From the NCBI GenBank assembly GCA_963745835.1, contig CAVUZH010000013.1:576001-640000 (forward strand): a DNA stretch of 64,000 bases, written 5' to 3'. The stretch is from an uncultured delta proteobacterium. Lineage in GTDB: Bacteria > Desulfobacterota > Binatia > UBA9968. Shown here in pieces: positions 20,220 to 30,548 of the stretch; within the stretch, counting starts at the first letter, position 1; each line of letters starts with the position of its first letter. The notes beneath the pieces were generated by a model, which made no database searches, had not been told where the DNA came from, and was given only the letters and a program-made list of their open reading frames with translations. Both the position numbers and the translations under genes were made by a program.

Positions 20220-22556
20220 CTATGAGCGAGAGTTGCGGATCTTGATCAGGTCCATCGTCGTCGCACCGCGCAACGATTTTGCCGATCGCGGTCCAGCCCG
20301 CTGTGCAGCGGCCCGTTGGCGCAGCGCGGCGAAAACTTTTTCCGCAGTGATCGGCAGATCGGTGATCTGTACGCCGATTGCGTCGTAGACGGCGTTGGCT
20401 ATCGCCGCAGCTGTCGGGATCGCGCCGTGCTCGCCGATTTGTTTGGCTTGAAACGGCCCGGGGCCGGTGTGATCTCTGACGTAGAGCGTTTCATGCTCCG
20501 GTATGTCGCGGATGTTGGGCAGCTTGTACTCGCCCAGGTTGGCGGTGACAACCTTGCCGTCCTCGATGGCGAGATCTTCGCTCATCGCGAAGCCGAAACC
20601 CTGGATCATGCCGCCTTCGACCTGTCCACGATGGGTGAGCGGGTTGATGATGGTTCCGACATCATGGCCAGAGATCACCTTGCGCACTTTCACCTGTCCG
20701 GTTTCCGGATCGACCGTGACTTCCGCCGCCTCGGCAAAGAAGCACATGGCGCCGAGCCGCTCTTTGATATCGATGCTGCCGCGCGCGCTCAAGGATCCAT
20801 CATTCGATTTCGCCCGCTCGGCGAGATCGGCGAAGTTGACTTTTGAGCGTTTCGGTCCGACGGCGGCACCTCGCTCCAAACGGACCGCGTGCGGCGAACA
20901 GCCGAGCACGGTCGCCGACAGCTGAAGGAGCTTGTCGCGCATTGCGAAGGCTGCCTGTTGGACCGCTTGTCCGCTCAAGTAGGTGACCAGACTGGCGATC
21001 ACTCTGACATCGGTCGGGAACATTTCCGTGGTGCCCATTCTAACTGCAACATCGTCGGCTGAAACCGTGAGCGCTTCGGCGACGATCTGGCGAAAAATTG
21101 TGTGCGCGCCGGTGCCGGTATCGGGAACCGTTGTCAGGATGTACGCCGCGCCATTTTCACTGACGCCGACGTCTATATTCGCCGCGCCGAAATTGACGTC
21201 GCGCGAAGCCAAAGCAAGACCTCGACCGACATAAGGGATTTTCTTTCCGCGCCCGCGCGGCTGGATTCCGCGACGCATCTTTTCCAACAGGCGCTGTCCC
21301 ATGTCGGTATTCACACGCTGGCCGCTGATCAGCAGGTCGCCGGGTTTGAGGACATTAAGGCGACGAAACCGATAGGGATCCATGCCGAGGCGGCGCGCGA
21401 CGTAATCCATGTGCGATTCGACGGCGAAGATGACTTGAAGATCGCCGGGACCTCGCATGATGCCGCCGGGAATGCAGTTGGTGTAGACGCACAGTGACTG
21501 AATGTACGAATGGGGAATCGCGTAGGAGCCGTTGCCATGACGCGAGCCGGGCAGATTGCCGTTGCTGCTTTCTTTGATGCCGGCGTAGGCGCCGCCGTTG
21601 AATACAGCTTTCAATTCTCTGGCCCAGAGCCGGCCATCCTTTTTGACGCCGGTCTTGATCGTAATGACCGAGGCGTGGCGCGGGTTAGCGGCGCTCAACT
21701 CTTCGGCATAACTCATGATCATCTTCACCGGTCTGCCGGTGACCTTAGCGAGAAAGTAGCAAAGCGGCAGGTCCATAAGCGTGCCCTTGCCGCCGAAGTC
21801 GCCGCCAACGGCGCCGACTTGGAAGATAATCTTTTCTTGATCGACGCCAAGCCACTCGGCTAGATTTGCTCGCGTGAGATAGACCTGCTTGGCCGTGGAC
21901 CAGATCAAGATTTTTTCCGACGCCTCGACTTGGACGACGACGGCATGAGGTTCGAGATAGCCCTGGTGCGCCCGCTGAGTGGTGAAGCTCTGCTCGAAGA
22001 CGAAATCCGCCTCGGCGAATCCTTGCCGGTGATCTCCAGAGCGCCATTCGGCGCAGTTATGCAGGTTAGGAACATCCGGCAGTGGCGGACGCAGTCCCTC
22101 GTAGCTTCTGAGCTGCTCGTGGACTAGCGGCGCGCCGGCTGCCATCGCTTGCAGCGGATCGTAAACAGCGGGCAGTTCCTCGTAGTCCACCTCGATCCGG
22201 CTTAAAGCTTCTTCGGCAATGTGCGGCGCCGCCGCGCCAACTACTGCGACCCGCTCGCCGATAAAGCGCACCCGATCTTTGGCGAGTACCGGCATGTCTT
22301 TCAAGATGATTCCGGTCAAACGATCAGGAAGATCGGCCGCAGTGAGCACCGCGAAAACGCCTTTCAGATTTTTCGCTTTTTCGACATCGAGGCGTCGGAT
22401 GCGCGCATGCGGCAGCGGGCTGCGCAGGCACTTGCCCCAAATCATATTGGGCAAACTGTGGTCCGCGGTGTAGCGGGTGGCGCCGGTGACTTTCGTTGCG
22501 CCGTCGAGGCGGCGCACCGAGGTGCCCACCGAGGAAAATTTTTGCCGCGAGTTCAC
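20220..22556 (-). CDS. Xanthine dehydrogenase family molybdopterin-binding large subunit, tandem paralog
   Basis: Motifs LRSPLPHARI, GYLEPH, VGGDFGGKG, GQVEGG, IANAVYDAIGV; probable GTG start at 22556. Confidence 0.92.
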   Translation of the reverse strand: MNSRQKFSSVGTSVRRLDGATKVTGATRYTADHSLPNMIWGKCLRSPLPHARIRRLDVEKAKNLKGVFAVLTAADLPDRLTGIILKDMPVLAKDRVRFIGERVAVVGAAAPHIAEEALSRIEVDYEELPAVYDPLQAMAAGAPLVHEQLRSYEGLRPPLPDVPNLHNCAEWRSGDHRQGFAEADFVFEQSFTTQRAHQGYLEPHAVVVQVEASEKILIWSTAKQVYLTRANLAEWLGVDQEKIIFQVGAVGGDFGGKGTLMDLPLCYFLAKVTGRPVKMIMSYAEELSAANPRHASVITIKTGVKKDGRLWARELKAVFNGGAYAGIKESSNGNLPGSRHGNGSYAIPHSYIQSLCVYTNCIPGGIMRGPGDLQVIFAVESHMDYVARRLGMDPYRFRRLNVLKPGDLLISGQRVNTDMGQRLLEKMRRGIQPRGRGKKIPYVGRGLALASRDVNFGAANIDVGVSENGAAYILTTVPDTGTGAHTIFRQIVAEALTVSADDVAVRMGTTEMFPTDVRVIASLVTYLSGQAVQQAAFAMRDKLLQLSATVLGCSPHAVRLERGAAVGPKRSKVNFADLAERAKSNDGSLSARGSIDIKERLGAMCFFAEAAEVTVDPETGQVKVRKVISGHDVGTIINPLTHRGQVEGGMIQGFGFAMSEDLAIEDGKVVTANLGEYKLPNIRDIPEHETLYVRDHTGPGPFQAKQIGEHGAIPTAAAIANAVYDAIGVQITDLPITAEKVFAALRQRAAAQRAGPRSAKSLRGATTMDLIKIRNSRS

Positions 22557-22637
22557 GTCAAATATTGGCCGAGAAATTTTTTCAGTCGAAGCCGCAAGAT
22601 AAAGTGAAAAAGCGCAGGGTGTCAATCTATGGGCGAA

Positions 22638-22793
22638 TAAATCCGAATACCGAATAGCGAAATCCGAAACAAGCGATGAGACAAACAAATTCAAATCTCA
22701 AATGGTATCCAACACACCAAATACAAGCGTTTCGAATTTTCCTCTTTTGAGAATTCGGATTTGTTTCGAATTTCGGATTTCGGGCTTCGAATT
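22638..22793. repeat. Heptamer-based imperfect palindrome (AAATCCG / CGGATTT), REP-like
   Basis: AAATCCGAATACCGAATAGCGAAATCCGAAACAA ... TTGTTTCGAATTTCGGATTTCGGGCTTCGAATT. Confidence 0.7.
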
Positions 22794-22806
22794 GAATTTT
22801 GACCCT

Positions 22807-22907
22807 TCACCGCAGAGACGCCGAGGACACGAAGTTCGGAAAGGCAGTCTGATTAAGTGGCGAAAATCCATTCTTCTCTCGGTGTCCTTTGTGCCTCTGT
22901 GGTGCAC
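22807..22907. repeat. REP-like ~100-bp hairpin element
   Basis: Inverted arms CACCGCAGAGACGCCGAGGACAC ... GTGTCCTTTGTGCCTCTGTGGTG. Confidence 0.7.
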
Positions 22908-23049
22908 CTTCGAATCTCTTCATTGCGACGATTATGCATTGACAAGATTTGGGCAAGGGGATAAACGAATTTTGGCATTGTCGTGCGCATGAAACTGACC
23001 AAAAAAAATTCCGTAATTTCACCAACGCCCCTAGAGGAGACAAGGCAAC

Positions 23050-23574
23050 ATGAGTAAGATCGCTCGTCATCCGCGTCATCCCGCGGTCGTCAACATGAGC
23101 CTCGAAGACATTTCGCAGCGCTACACGGTGCGCTTCGCCGACATCAAGCCGGACTGGAGTGTGTTCGGTGATTCGAACTTCGACGGTTACCGTCGAGCGC
23201 AGTTCCGCTATATCGGCCAAACTCTCGGCAAGCCGGAGGTGAGACATATTCCGGCCGGCGCGACGCGCTTGTCTGTGATGTTCGTGCCGCCGGGGGAAGG
23301 CAATGCGCCGCACACGCATCCGGTCGAAGAGGTGTTTTTTATCTTGAAAGGCAATGTGACGGTGTTCTTCGAGGAAGAAGATGGCCGGCGCGTAGAGGAA
23401 AATCTCGGCCCGTGGGACTGCGTCTCCTGCCCTGCTGGAGTCATTCATGGCTTCCACAACAACGGCCTCGAACCGGCTTACTTGCAGGTGATGGTAGGGC
23501 AAACCAAACCAGAGCCAATGGGCTACGCCGATGTGAAGCTTGACGCCAGCGACCCTCACCTCGCGCGCAAGTAG
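23050..23574 (+). CDS. Cupin domain protein
   Basis: Motifs GNAPHTHPVEEVFFILKG and PAGVIHGFHN; RBS GAGGAG. Confidence 0.9.
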   Translation: MSKIARHPRHPAVVNMSLEDISQRYTVRFADIKPDWSVFGDSNFDGYRRAQFRYIGQTLGKPEVRHIPAGATRLSVMFVPPGEGNAPHTHPVEEVFFILKGNVTVFFEEEDGRRVEENLGPWDCVSCPAGVIHGFHNNGLEPAYLQVMVGQTKPEPMGYADVKLDASDPHLARK

Positions 23575-23621
23575 CTCTTGGAAAACATTTCAACAAACCT
23601 CCGCACGCTCAAGGACGCTCT

Positions 23622-24668
23622 ATGAGTTTAGCAATGTGGCACAGCGTAAAGATCATCGTCGCATCGGTATTACTCCTGAGCGCCGCCGTTTCGGCTACGG
23701 CCCAAGAGTTCTTCAACGGGAAAACCGTCGTGGTGATTGTCGGCACCGCTGCCGGCGGCGGATTCGATACCTACAGCCGCATGATGGCGCGCCATCTTGG
23801 CAAACATCTTCCCGGTAATCCGAGTATTGTCGTGCAGAACATGCCGGGCGCCGGGCAGCTCATCGCCGCCAATCATTTGTACAATAGATCGGCGCCGGAC
23901 GGTTTGACCATCGGCCATTTCTCCGGCTCGGTAATCTTTCGCCATGTGCTGGGCGATAAAGGTGCGATGTTCGACGGCAGGAAATTTGGCTGGCTCGGCA
24001 CGCCCGCGCCGGAGCGCCACGCCTGCGTGGTCACGGAAAAAACCGGCGTGAAAACGTTGGCGGATTGGTCCGCATCCAAGCGGCCGCTCAAGTTCGGCGC
24101 GCTTGGGCCGGGTAACTCGACGTCGGCCTGGCCCCATCTGCTCAAGTCGACATTGGGTGTTCCGCTCAGCGTCATCGAAGGGTTCAAAGGAACTTCCGAC
24201 GTTCGGCTCGCGGCGGAGTCCGGCGAAGTCGATGGCGGATGTTGGGGCTGGGATTCGATTAAGGTCACCTGGGCGAAAGGACTCGACTCGGGATTCATTC
24301 GGCCGTTAATCCAGACCACGCTCGAGCCCCATCCGGATCTAACCGATGTTGCAGTCGCAATTCAGCACGCCAAGAGCAAAGACGACCAAGCGCTGCTGCG
24401 GCTTGCGGCGCAAGCCTACGGCCCCGCCTCCATCGCTTACTCTCTGCCGCCGGGCATGCCCAAGGATCGCTCGCAAATTTTGCAGACAGCTTTTATGGCG
24501 ACAATGAAGGATGCCGACTTCTTGGCCGAAGCGAAAAAGGCGAACCTGGTAGTCAGTCCGCTCGATGGACCGACGATTGAGCAGACGGTGGCGGAACTCT
24601 ACCGCGCCGAGCCCAAACTTCTCGAGCGCTTCCGCGACGTCATCGAGGTATCACAGCCGCAGCGCTAA
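23622..24668 (+). CDS. Bug/TctC family tripartite tricarboxylate transporter substrate-binding protein
   Basis: Motifs AGGGFDTYSR, VVQNMPGAG, PDGLTIG, FKGTSDVRLAAESGEVDG. Confidence 0.92.
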   Translation: MSLAMWHSVKIIVASVLLLSAAVSATAQEFFNGKTVVVIVGTAAGGGFDTYSRMMARHLGKHLPGNPSIVVQNMPGAGQLIAANHLYNRSAPDGLTIGHFSGSVIFRHVLGDKGAMFDGRKFGWLGTPAPERHACVVTEKTGVKTLADWSASKRPLKFGALGPGNSTSAWPHLLKSTLGVPLSVIEGFKGTSDVRLAAESGEVDGGCWGWDSIKVTWAKGLDSGFIRPLIQTTLEPHPDLTDVAVAIQHAKSKDDQALLRLAAQAYGPASIAYSLPPGMPKDRSQILQTAFMATMKDADFLAEAKKANLVVSPLDGPTIEQTVAELYRAEPKLLERFRDVIEVSQPQR

Positions 24669-24961
24669 CGGTCGTGTCAGCTCATCACTTAAGTCCGTGA
24701 AGCATTTATCCGCCAAAAGACATAGCGGTGCTGTCGTCCGGGATTCATGACACGGTAGAACGTTCCTGGATATTCGATTCACGTTTGGGCTCATCGGGTC
24801 TCTTTGGGGTGCCGTCGTTGCTCAACGTGTTGCGCTACTCGGGCAGTATCGCAACCGCCCGGCGCGATTCTCCGGAGCCGAGAGACTTAGCTTCACCCCA
24901 CTCGGCCCCTCAGAGAAGTAGCCGGTCGGTATATTTTTATCGCTTAAGTTCCTTCAGGATG

Positions 24962-26144
24962 CTAAAGCATTCGGGGCACGGCGATGACTCGGAACGCCAA
25001 CACGGTTAGATTAGATCCCGGCTTCTCGCAGTCAGCGTAAAATTCTTTCCTGGCGATCAATTCAGCTCCTAAGCCGAAAAGCATCACCAGAGGGACCACG
25101 AGCCAACCAACCACAGGAATGATGGCAAGGATATAATAGACAAATAGCTCCCACGACCAAGGCCGAGGCACGGCTCGGGGTCGGTCGCAATCGAGCGAGG
25201 ATCGATTCACCAATTCGGCCGATAGCGTAGATTCGCGACCAGTAGAGCAGTATGAAAAACGCGGCCAGAAGAATCAGTCCAATCGGTATGGCCACAATTG
25301 TTGCGAACAGGAGCGCGCATACCACCGGCACGACGACTGCCGCGACAAATCCTATGCCCAGTGATGCCCATGGTTTCTCCCTGAGAGTAGTGATCACCGA
25401 TTGATGATATCGCGGAAGAAAACGGGCCGAGAGAAGTCCGAGGATCAAGGTGCAGACAAAATTAATCGACACGAACACGAGCCAGGCAAATAACGCGGCC
25501 GGAAAAATGCGCGGCCGTTTCGGCGGAACGTTTCGGACGATCTTCCCTTTAACACGCGCTCCTTCGCTAACTGCGGCCTCCTGACCGCTCCAGTAGCTCA
25601 CGTTGCCGTCGATCTCGGCTCTGGAGGTGATGCGAAGTGTCCCTACAGCCGCTTCGACGTCTCCGGCGATCCGATTCGCTATGACGAGCGTTCCCGCCGC
25701 GATCTTTGCCGCGCTGCCTACAGGTGCCGCCAAGTCGACGCTGCCGCCTGCTGCAACGACAGCGCCGCGGACGACTGCCGATGGAGCGATCTCCACGTTC
25801 CCTCCAGCAACGGTCAAGTTTCTGCCGACGTTGCCGGTAATCGATACCTGGCCGCCGGCAGCCCGCACGTCCTGAGAAACGGTTCCAGATAAACTGACTC
25901 TGCCGCCGGCGACGAGAACATCGCCGTTGACACGTCCGTCGATAGCGATTTGACCGCCCGATGCGTAAAGATCACCGTTGATAGTCCCGGAGATCTCTAC
26001 CGTTTGGCCAAGTGCAAAGTAGTCGCCGTCTACGACCTGCGAGGCAGGCACCGTTACTTGGCGGCCGCGCTCCTGCGCCGCCGCGATCGAGAGAACGAAT
26101 AAAAGCGCGGCGACACTCACGGCGGTAACGATTCGCTGCTTCAA
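24962..26144 (-). CDS. Polymer-forming cytoskeletal (bactofilin-like beta-helix) membrane protein with a frameshift near 25150
   Basis: Repeating G.V.GD...AGG.V units followed by transmembrane helices. The C-terminal TM segment (LFVYYILAIIPVVGWLVVPLVMLFGLGA) continues in the 24962-25213 frame. Confidence 0.75.
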
Positions 26145-26400
26145 GCAATCTCCTTCCTATTTAATTAAAGGCTAGCAAACAGCGATCCGTACAGGAAGAC
26201 TTCGCCGGTCGAAGAAACTAAGGTCGAGCTAGAAGTTTATCTAAGAGAGCTGAGAAGCTTTCATGAGTGACTTTGCTGACCTTACTGCTTCTTTCGTCCG
26301 AGCAAAATTTTCGCGTTGTATCAGTCCAACAGCCGATTGACATAGAGTTCGCTTTCTTATTAGCGTCGGCTGCACATACTCTCGCCTGAGGAGGAATAGT

Positions 26401-27315
26401 ATGAAGCCGAAGCCCACGGTGGTCATCGCCGCGTTCCTCTCTATCGCATTGGCTGCTCTCGCCTATAGCCAGGAGCTGCCGCCCAATATCAAAAAGATCA
26501 AAGAAGGCATCTACGTCTATGTGGGGAACAACTTCAACTCCAATTGCGGCATCGTAGTCACTCAGGAAGGCGTAGTGCTGATCGATAGCGGTCACAATCC
26601 TACCGATTCGCTGCGGATCCTCGATGCGGTGAAAAAAATAAGCACGCTGCCGATTCGGTTTTTAATCGACACAGAACCTCATCCGGACCATACGACCGGC
26701 CATTTTGTATTTTCTCCGCCCGCGACCGTGATCGCGCACGAAGGCGCTACCGAATCCATGATCAATCGCGAAAAAGAAACGCCAGGTCGTATCGAAAAAC
26801 TCGCCGGAGTCGCGCCTGAGATGCGCAAAGCGCTGGAAGGCTATCGGTTCGTGCCGCCGCAGATCGAGTACCGAGGAAAGATGACTTTGAATCTCGGCGA
26901 ACGGACATTCGAGCTGCTGTACTTGAAGGGCGTTCACAGCGAGGCAGACAGCGCCGTGTGGCTGCCCAAAGAGCGCGTGCTCTTTTCGGCATCGGGAATC
27001 GTCGTCGATCAATTCAATATTCTTCGTCCGTTCGTGACCATTCCCGACATATTGGCCGCATCGAAGATGATGAAGGCATTGAATCCTGAAATCGTCGTGC
27101 CCGGACATGGAACACCGGGAACGGTGAAAATCTTTGACGATACCGAGAAATATTACGCGCTGCTGGTAGAGCGCGTCGGCCAAATGGTTAAGGAAGGCAA
27201 ATCGCTCGACGAAATCAAAAAGGAGCTAAAGATGCCCGAGTACGACCATTGGGCGACCAAGGAGCGCTTCCCGACTAATGTGGAAGCCGCGTACAAAGTC
27301 GTCAAAGGTGGTTAG
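26401..27315 (+). CDS. Secreted MBL-fold metallo-hydrolase (cyclase-like)
   Basis: Signal peptide; motifs VVLIDSG, TEPHPDH, HSEAD, VVPGHG. Confidence 0.9.
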   Translation: MKPKPTVVIAAFLSIALAALAYSQELPPNIKKIKEGIYVYVGNNFNSNCGIVVTQEGVVLIDSGHNPTDSLRILDAVKKISTLPIRFLIDTEPHPDHTTGHFVFSPPATVIAHEGATESMINREKETPGRIEKLAGVAPEMRKALEGYRFVPPQIEYRGKMTLNLGERTFELLYLKGVHSEADSAVWLPKERVLFSASGIVVDQFNILRPFVTIPDILAASKMMKALNPEIVVPGHGTPGTVKIFDDTEKYYALLVERVGQMVKEGKSLDEIKKELKMPEYDHWATKERFPTNVEAAYKVVKGG

Positions 27316-27339
27316 AACCGAAACAGAAAGGAGAATCGG

Positions 27340-28254
27340 ATGAAAACCAAGATTTTTGCCTGTTCGATCCTGCTTGTTTATTTATTTTCACTGACCGCTG
27401 CTGTCGCGCAGGATCTCGGCGCGCAGTTTAAGAAGGTCAAGGAAGGTATCTACGTGTACGCCGCGGTGCTCAACGAAGCCAATTCCACGATCGTTTTGAG
27501 CCAAGACGGCGTCGTGTTGATCGACACGGGGCAGAGTCCGAAAGATTCCCACGTGGTGATGGCGGCTGTGAAGAAACTGACATCCCAGCCGGTGCGCTAC
27601 ATCATCCATACCGAGCCACACCCCGACCACGCCATGGGCGATTTTGTTTTCTCGCCTCCGGCTCTAGTGATCGGCCATGCCGGGTCGACCGATTCGATGA
27701 AAGCCTCCGAGTCGTTTAGCCCGGCACGTATCGAGAAATTGATGTCGACGTCGCCCGAGATGCGCGCGGCCTTCAACGGCTTTCGCCTGGTTACGCCGCA
27801 AATCGAATACCGGGATAGATTGTCGCTCAAAGTTGGCGAGCGCGCGTTGGAACTCTACTATCTGAAGAACGTCCATAGCGAAGCAGACACGGCGATCTGG
27901 CTGCCTCAGGAACGCGTGCTGTTTACGGCGGCTTCGGTTGGAGTGAAACGCTTCGGCAATCATCGAGCGTTTGTCAGCATTCCGGACACCTTGAGCGCGA
28001 TCAAAATGATGAAAGCCCTCAATCCTGAAGTTGTGATTCCCGGCCATGGCGATCCGGGGACGGTCAAGATTCTCGACGACATGGAAAGTTATTACAACAA
28101 GCTCATGGACGGGGTAGCCCAGATGGTCAAACAAGGAAAATCGCTCGACGAAATTAAAAAAGAGTTAAAAATCCCCGGCACCGAGGATTGGGAAGGCAAG
28201 GATCGCTTGGGCAACAATATCGAAGCGGCGTATCGCGGGGTCATGGGCAGATAA
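27340..28254 (+). CDS. Secreted MBL-fold metallo-hydrolase, tandem paralog
   Basis: Same motifs (VVLIDTG, TEPHPDH, HSEAD, VIPGHG) and the same 304-aa length. Confidence 0.9.
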   Translation: MKTKIFACSILLVYLFSLTAAVAQDLGAQFKKVKEGIYVYAAVLNEANSTIVLSQDGVVLIDTGQSPKDSHVVMAAVKKLTSQPVRYIIHTEPHPDHAMGDFVFSPPALVIGHAGSTDSMKASESFSPARIEKLMSTSPEMRAAFNGFRLVTPQIEYRDRLSLKVGERALELYYLKNVHSEADTAIWLPQERVLFTAASVGVKRFGNHRAFVSIPDTLSAIKMMKALNPEVVIPGHGDPGTVKILDDMESYYNKLMDGVAQMVKQGKSLDEIKKELKIPGTEDWEGKDRLGNNIEAAYRGVMGR

Positions 28255-28401
28255 GCGGATACTGAAGCCCGAGAAAGTGCGCAGATCCCGGGGGGGATCC
28301 GGTACCTGCAATCCGGTAGTAGATCAAGTGACGCGCCGTTGACTGGTCAACACGGAAGACATCACGCGACTAGGCAAGGATCTTGGGCGGGGTAGCTACG
28401 C

Positions 28402-29340
28402 TCATTTGATGATTCCATGTTCCTTAAAAAATCTTTCTGACCCCGAATGCAGTGGGATTGCTAGGCCTCGCAAGCCTGTTCCGGCTGAATCACCTTTAAA
28501 CCCCTCGTTCATCTTCTGAAGCTCGTCCATCCTGGAGTAGACGATCTTTAGCATTTGATAAACGACCGCATCACTCATGTCATCTCTCGTTACCAATGGA
28601 CCGGGAAGACCTACTGCCTTGGTAGAAGTGTGATACTTCGGATAGAAGTCCCGGATATCAACTTCGGTATAAAGCGGCGACTCCTTCTGCAAAGCCTTGA
28701 TCTTATCCGGCTCTATCGGTAGCAACTTCAGTGCATTCTTGTTGATCATGTCTGTGTAGGCCGGGACCGGGAGTCGGGCGATGGTAAATACCGCGTCAAT
28801 TTCCTTTCGTGCGAGAGCTGCTCGTGCTTTCTCCGTATCGCCCCTCTCTGCCCTGACGTCGTTGGTCAAACCGTAGACCTCAAGAATTTGTCTTCCCAGA
28901 AGAGCTGAGCCGGTTCCTCCGCCATAGACGATGTTCTTTCCCTTAAGCTGGGATATCTGGTGAATCGGCGAATCGGGATTCGTGTAGACGAACATGAGGC
29001 TAAAACCAAAGCTGGCCACGTGCCGAATTTTTTTTTGCGGCTTGCCCAGGAAATCGCCGGATCCTTCATAAGCGGCCTTAACGGACTCGGCCGTTGTCGT
29101 TCCGAAGGATGCCGTTCCGTCGTCCACCGAAATCATATTCGTCGGTCCGCCCTCGGAGGGGAGAGTGATCAAAGTAAAATCTGTTGCATAGCGGTTCACT
29201 AGATTGGCGAAGTAGAGCATGTTGACGTAGACGCTGCTGTTAAGTCCCGATGTGTGAATTGTATAACGATCCGCGAAGCTGGCTGTTGTATCCATGATCA
29301 AAGACAAAAGGACCGTAATCGTCCAAATAATTTTTTTCAC
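28402..29340 (-). CDS. TAXI family TRAP transporter solute-binding subunit
   Basis: Motifs SEGGPTNM, IHQISQLKGK, LVTRDDMSDAVVYQM, IPLHSGSERFFKE. Confidence 0.88.
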   Translation of the reverse strand: MKKIIWTITVLLSLIMDTTASFADRYTIHTSGLNSSVYVNMLYFANLVNRYATDFTLITLPSEGGPTNMISVDDGTASFGTTTAESVKAAYEGSGDFLGKPQKKIRHVASFGFSLMFVYTNPDSPIHQISQLKGKNIVYGGGTGSALLGRQILEVYGLTNDVRAERGDTEKARAALARKEIDAVFTIARLPVPAYTDMINKNALKLLPIEPDKIKALQKESPLYTEVDIRDFYPKYHTSTKAVGLPGPLVTRDDMSDAVVYQMLKIVYSRMDELQKMNEGFKGDSAGTGLRGLAIPLHSGSERFFKEHGIIK

Positions 29341-29458
29341 TACGGTTCTCCCACCGGTTGAACTCGAATCTCAACGTTTGGTGCGCTAGTTATCAGTTGT
29401 TCCTTAAGCTTAGAGGAATGCGAACCGGGAGAGATGAAAGAGCGCAGAAAGAACTGCT

Positions 29459-30490
29459 TCATTTCGAATGAGTAGTGTACAAACGATCAATGTAGCCACT
29501 CTGGTCCAACTCGCGGATGAAACTCATGTCTACGAAGTCTTCCGGCTTGGCTGAGCGCGCCCGTGGATCGGTCTCGGTCATGGAAGCCAGAATCGTTTTA
29601 ATTCCCTCTATCGAGGGGTACTGCTTTTTGGAAAGCATGGCTTCGTTTAGGAGACCGTCGCGAATTTTTTCCAGAAGGTCGCGGTCTAGGCCGCTTCCCG
29701 CGTGCCTTAAGAAGGCATTCAGGGTCCCTTCTCGATCCGTCCAAATGCGGTGGACGGCGTCGACCTGAGTCTTAACGTATCTTCTCACGAGCTCGCGATT
29801 TTCTCTGATCGTCTTCCGCGTAGTAGCGACTCCCGTGTGTTGGATCACGAGTCCCATCTTAGCCACATCGGCCAGGATGTTCATGCCTTTTTTCTGGGCT
29901 ATGGTGCCGGGTAGGGAGCCAAGCACGGCACCATGGACCCTGCCGTTCAACAGGGAGCCCAACCGAGCAGGACTATCGCCAATCTGGACGATGGCGACGT
30001 CCCGTCCCGGGGTCAAGCCCAACTTGGGTAAAGCGAAGCGGGCGATAAAGTCAGTAGCTGAGCCAAAACGGCTGATGGCGACCGATCCGCCTCTGAGTTG
30101 CTCCGGGCTTTTGACGTCGGAGCGACCCATGATCCAATAGCTGAGAGAGGTGATTCCACCGGCGACCATGATCAAGTCAGACCCGCCGATTGCACTGTTC
30201 ACGACTGACGGTCCGGCAACCTGTCCGATCTGAACGTCGCCGGAAATCAAAGCGAGCACGCTTGTGGTTCCGCCGGTGAAGTAGATGAGGCTTGCGTCGA
30301 GTCCGTTCTTTTCAAATAGCCGCGCTTCCTTCGCCACAAGAACCGGCAGCGGATCTCCCCCTGCGCCTCCGTAAGCCACGTTGACTTTCGTCAGCTGGGC
30401 CGAGGTGGACGCGACAGAGAAAATCCACACCAGAATTGTCAACATCGGTATACGCATAATTACCCTCTTCACCCCGACCACCGATGACAA
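29459..30490 (-). CDS. NMT1/SsuA-type ABC substrate-binding protein
   Basis: Motifs LFEKNGLD, ALISGDV, AISRFGSATD, KPEDFVDMSFIRELDQSGYI. Confidence 0.88.
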   Translation of the reverse strand: MSSVVGVKRVIMRIPMLTILVWIFSVASTSAQLTKVNVAYGGAGGDPLPVLVAKEARLFEKNGLDASLIYFTGGTTSVLALISGDVQIGQVAGPSVVNSAIGGSDLIMVAGGITSLSYWIMGRSDVKSPEQLRGGSVAISRFGSATDFIARFALPKLGLTPGRDVAIVQIGDSPARLGSLLNGRVHGAVLGSLPGTIAQKKGMNILADVAKMGLVIQHTGVATTRKTIRENRELVRRYVKTQVDAVHRIWTDREGTLNAFLRHAGSGLDRDLLEKIRDGLLNEAMLSKKQYPSIEGIKTILASMTETDPRARSAKPEDFVDMSFIRELDQSGYIDRLYTTHSK

Positions 30491-30548
30491 TGCCGCAAAT
30501 GCCTTCGCTCGAAATCACCTTTCCAATCGTGTTTGAACAAAGTCGATG

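Noticed and set aside
22557-23559. N-terminal extension of ORF 20220-22694 and ORFs 22698-22907, 22702-22992 and 22807-23559
   Set aside because: They run through palindromic repeats or lie antisense to the cupin gene, and show no protein motifs.
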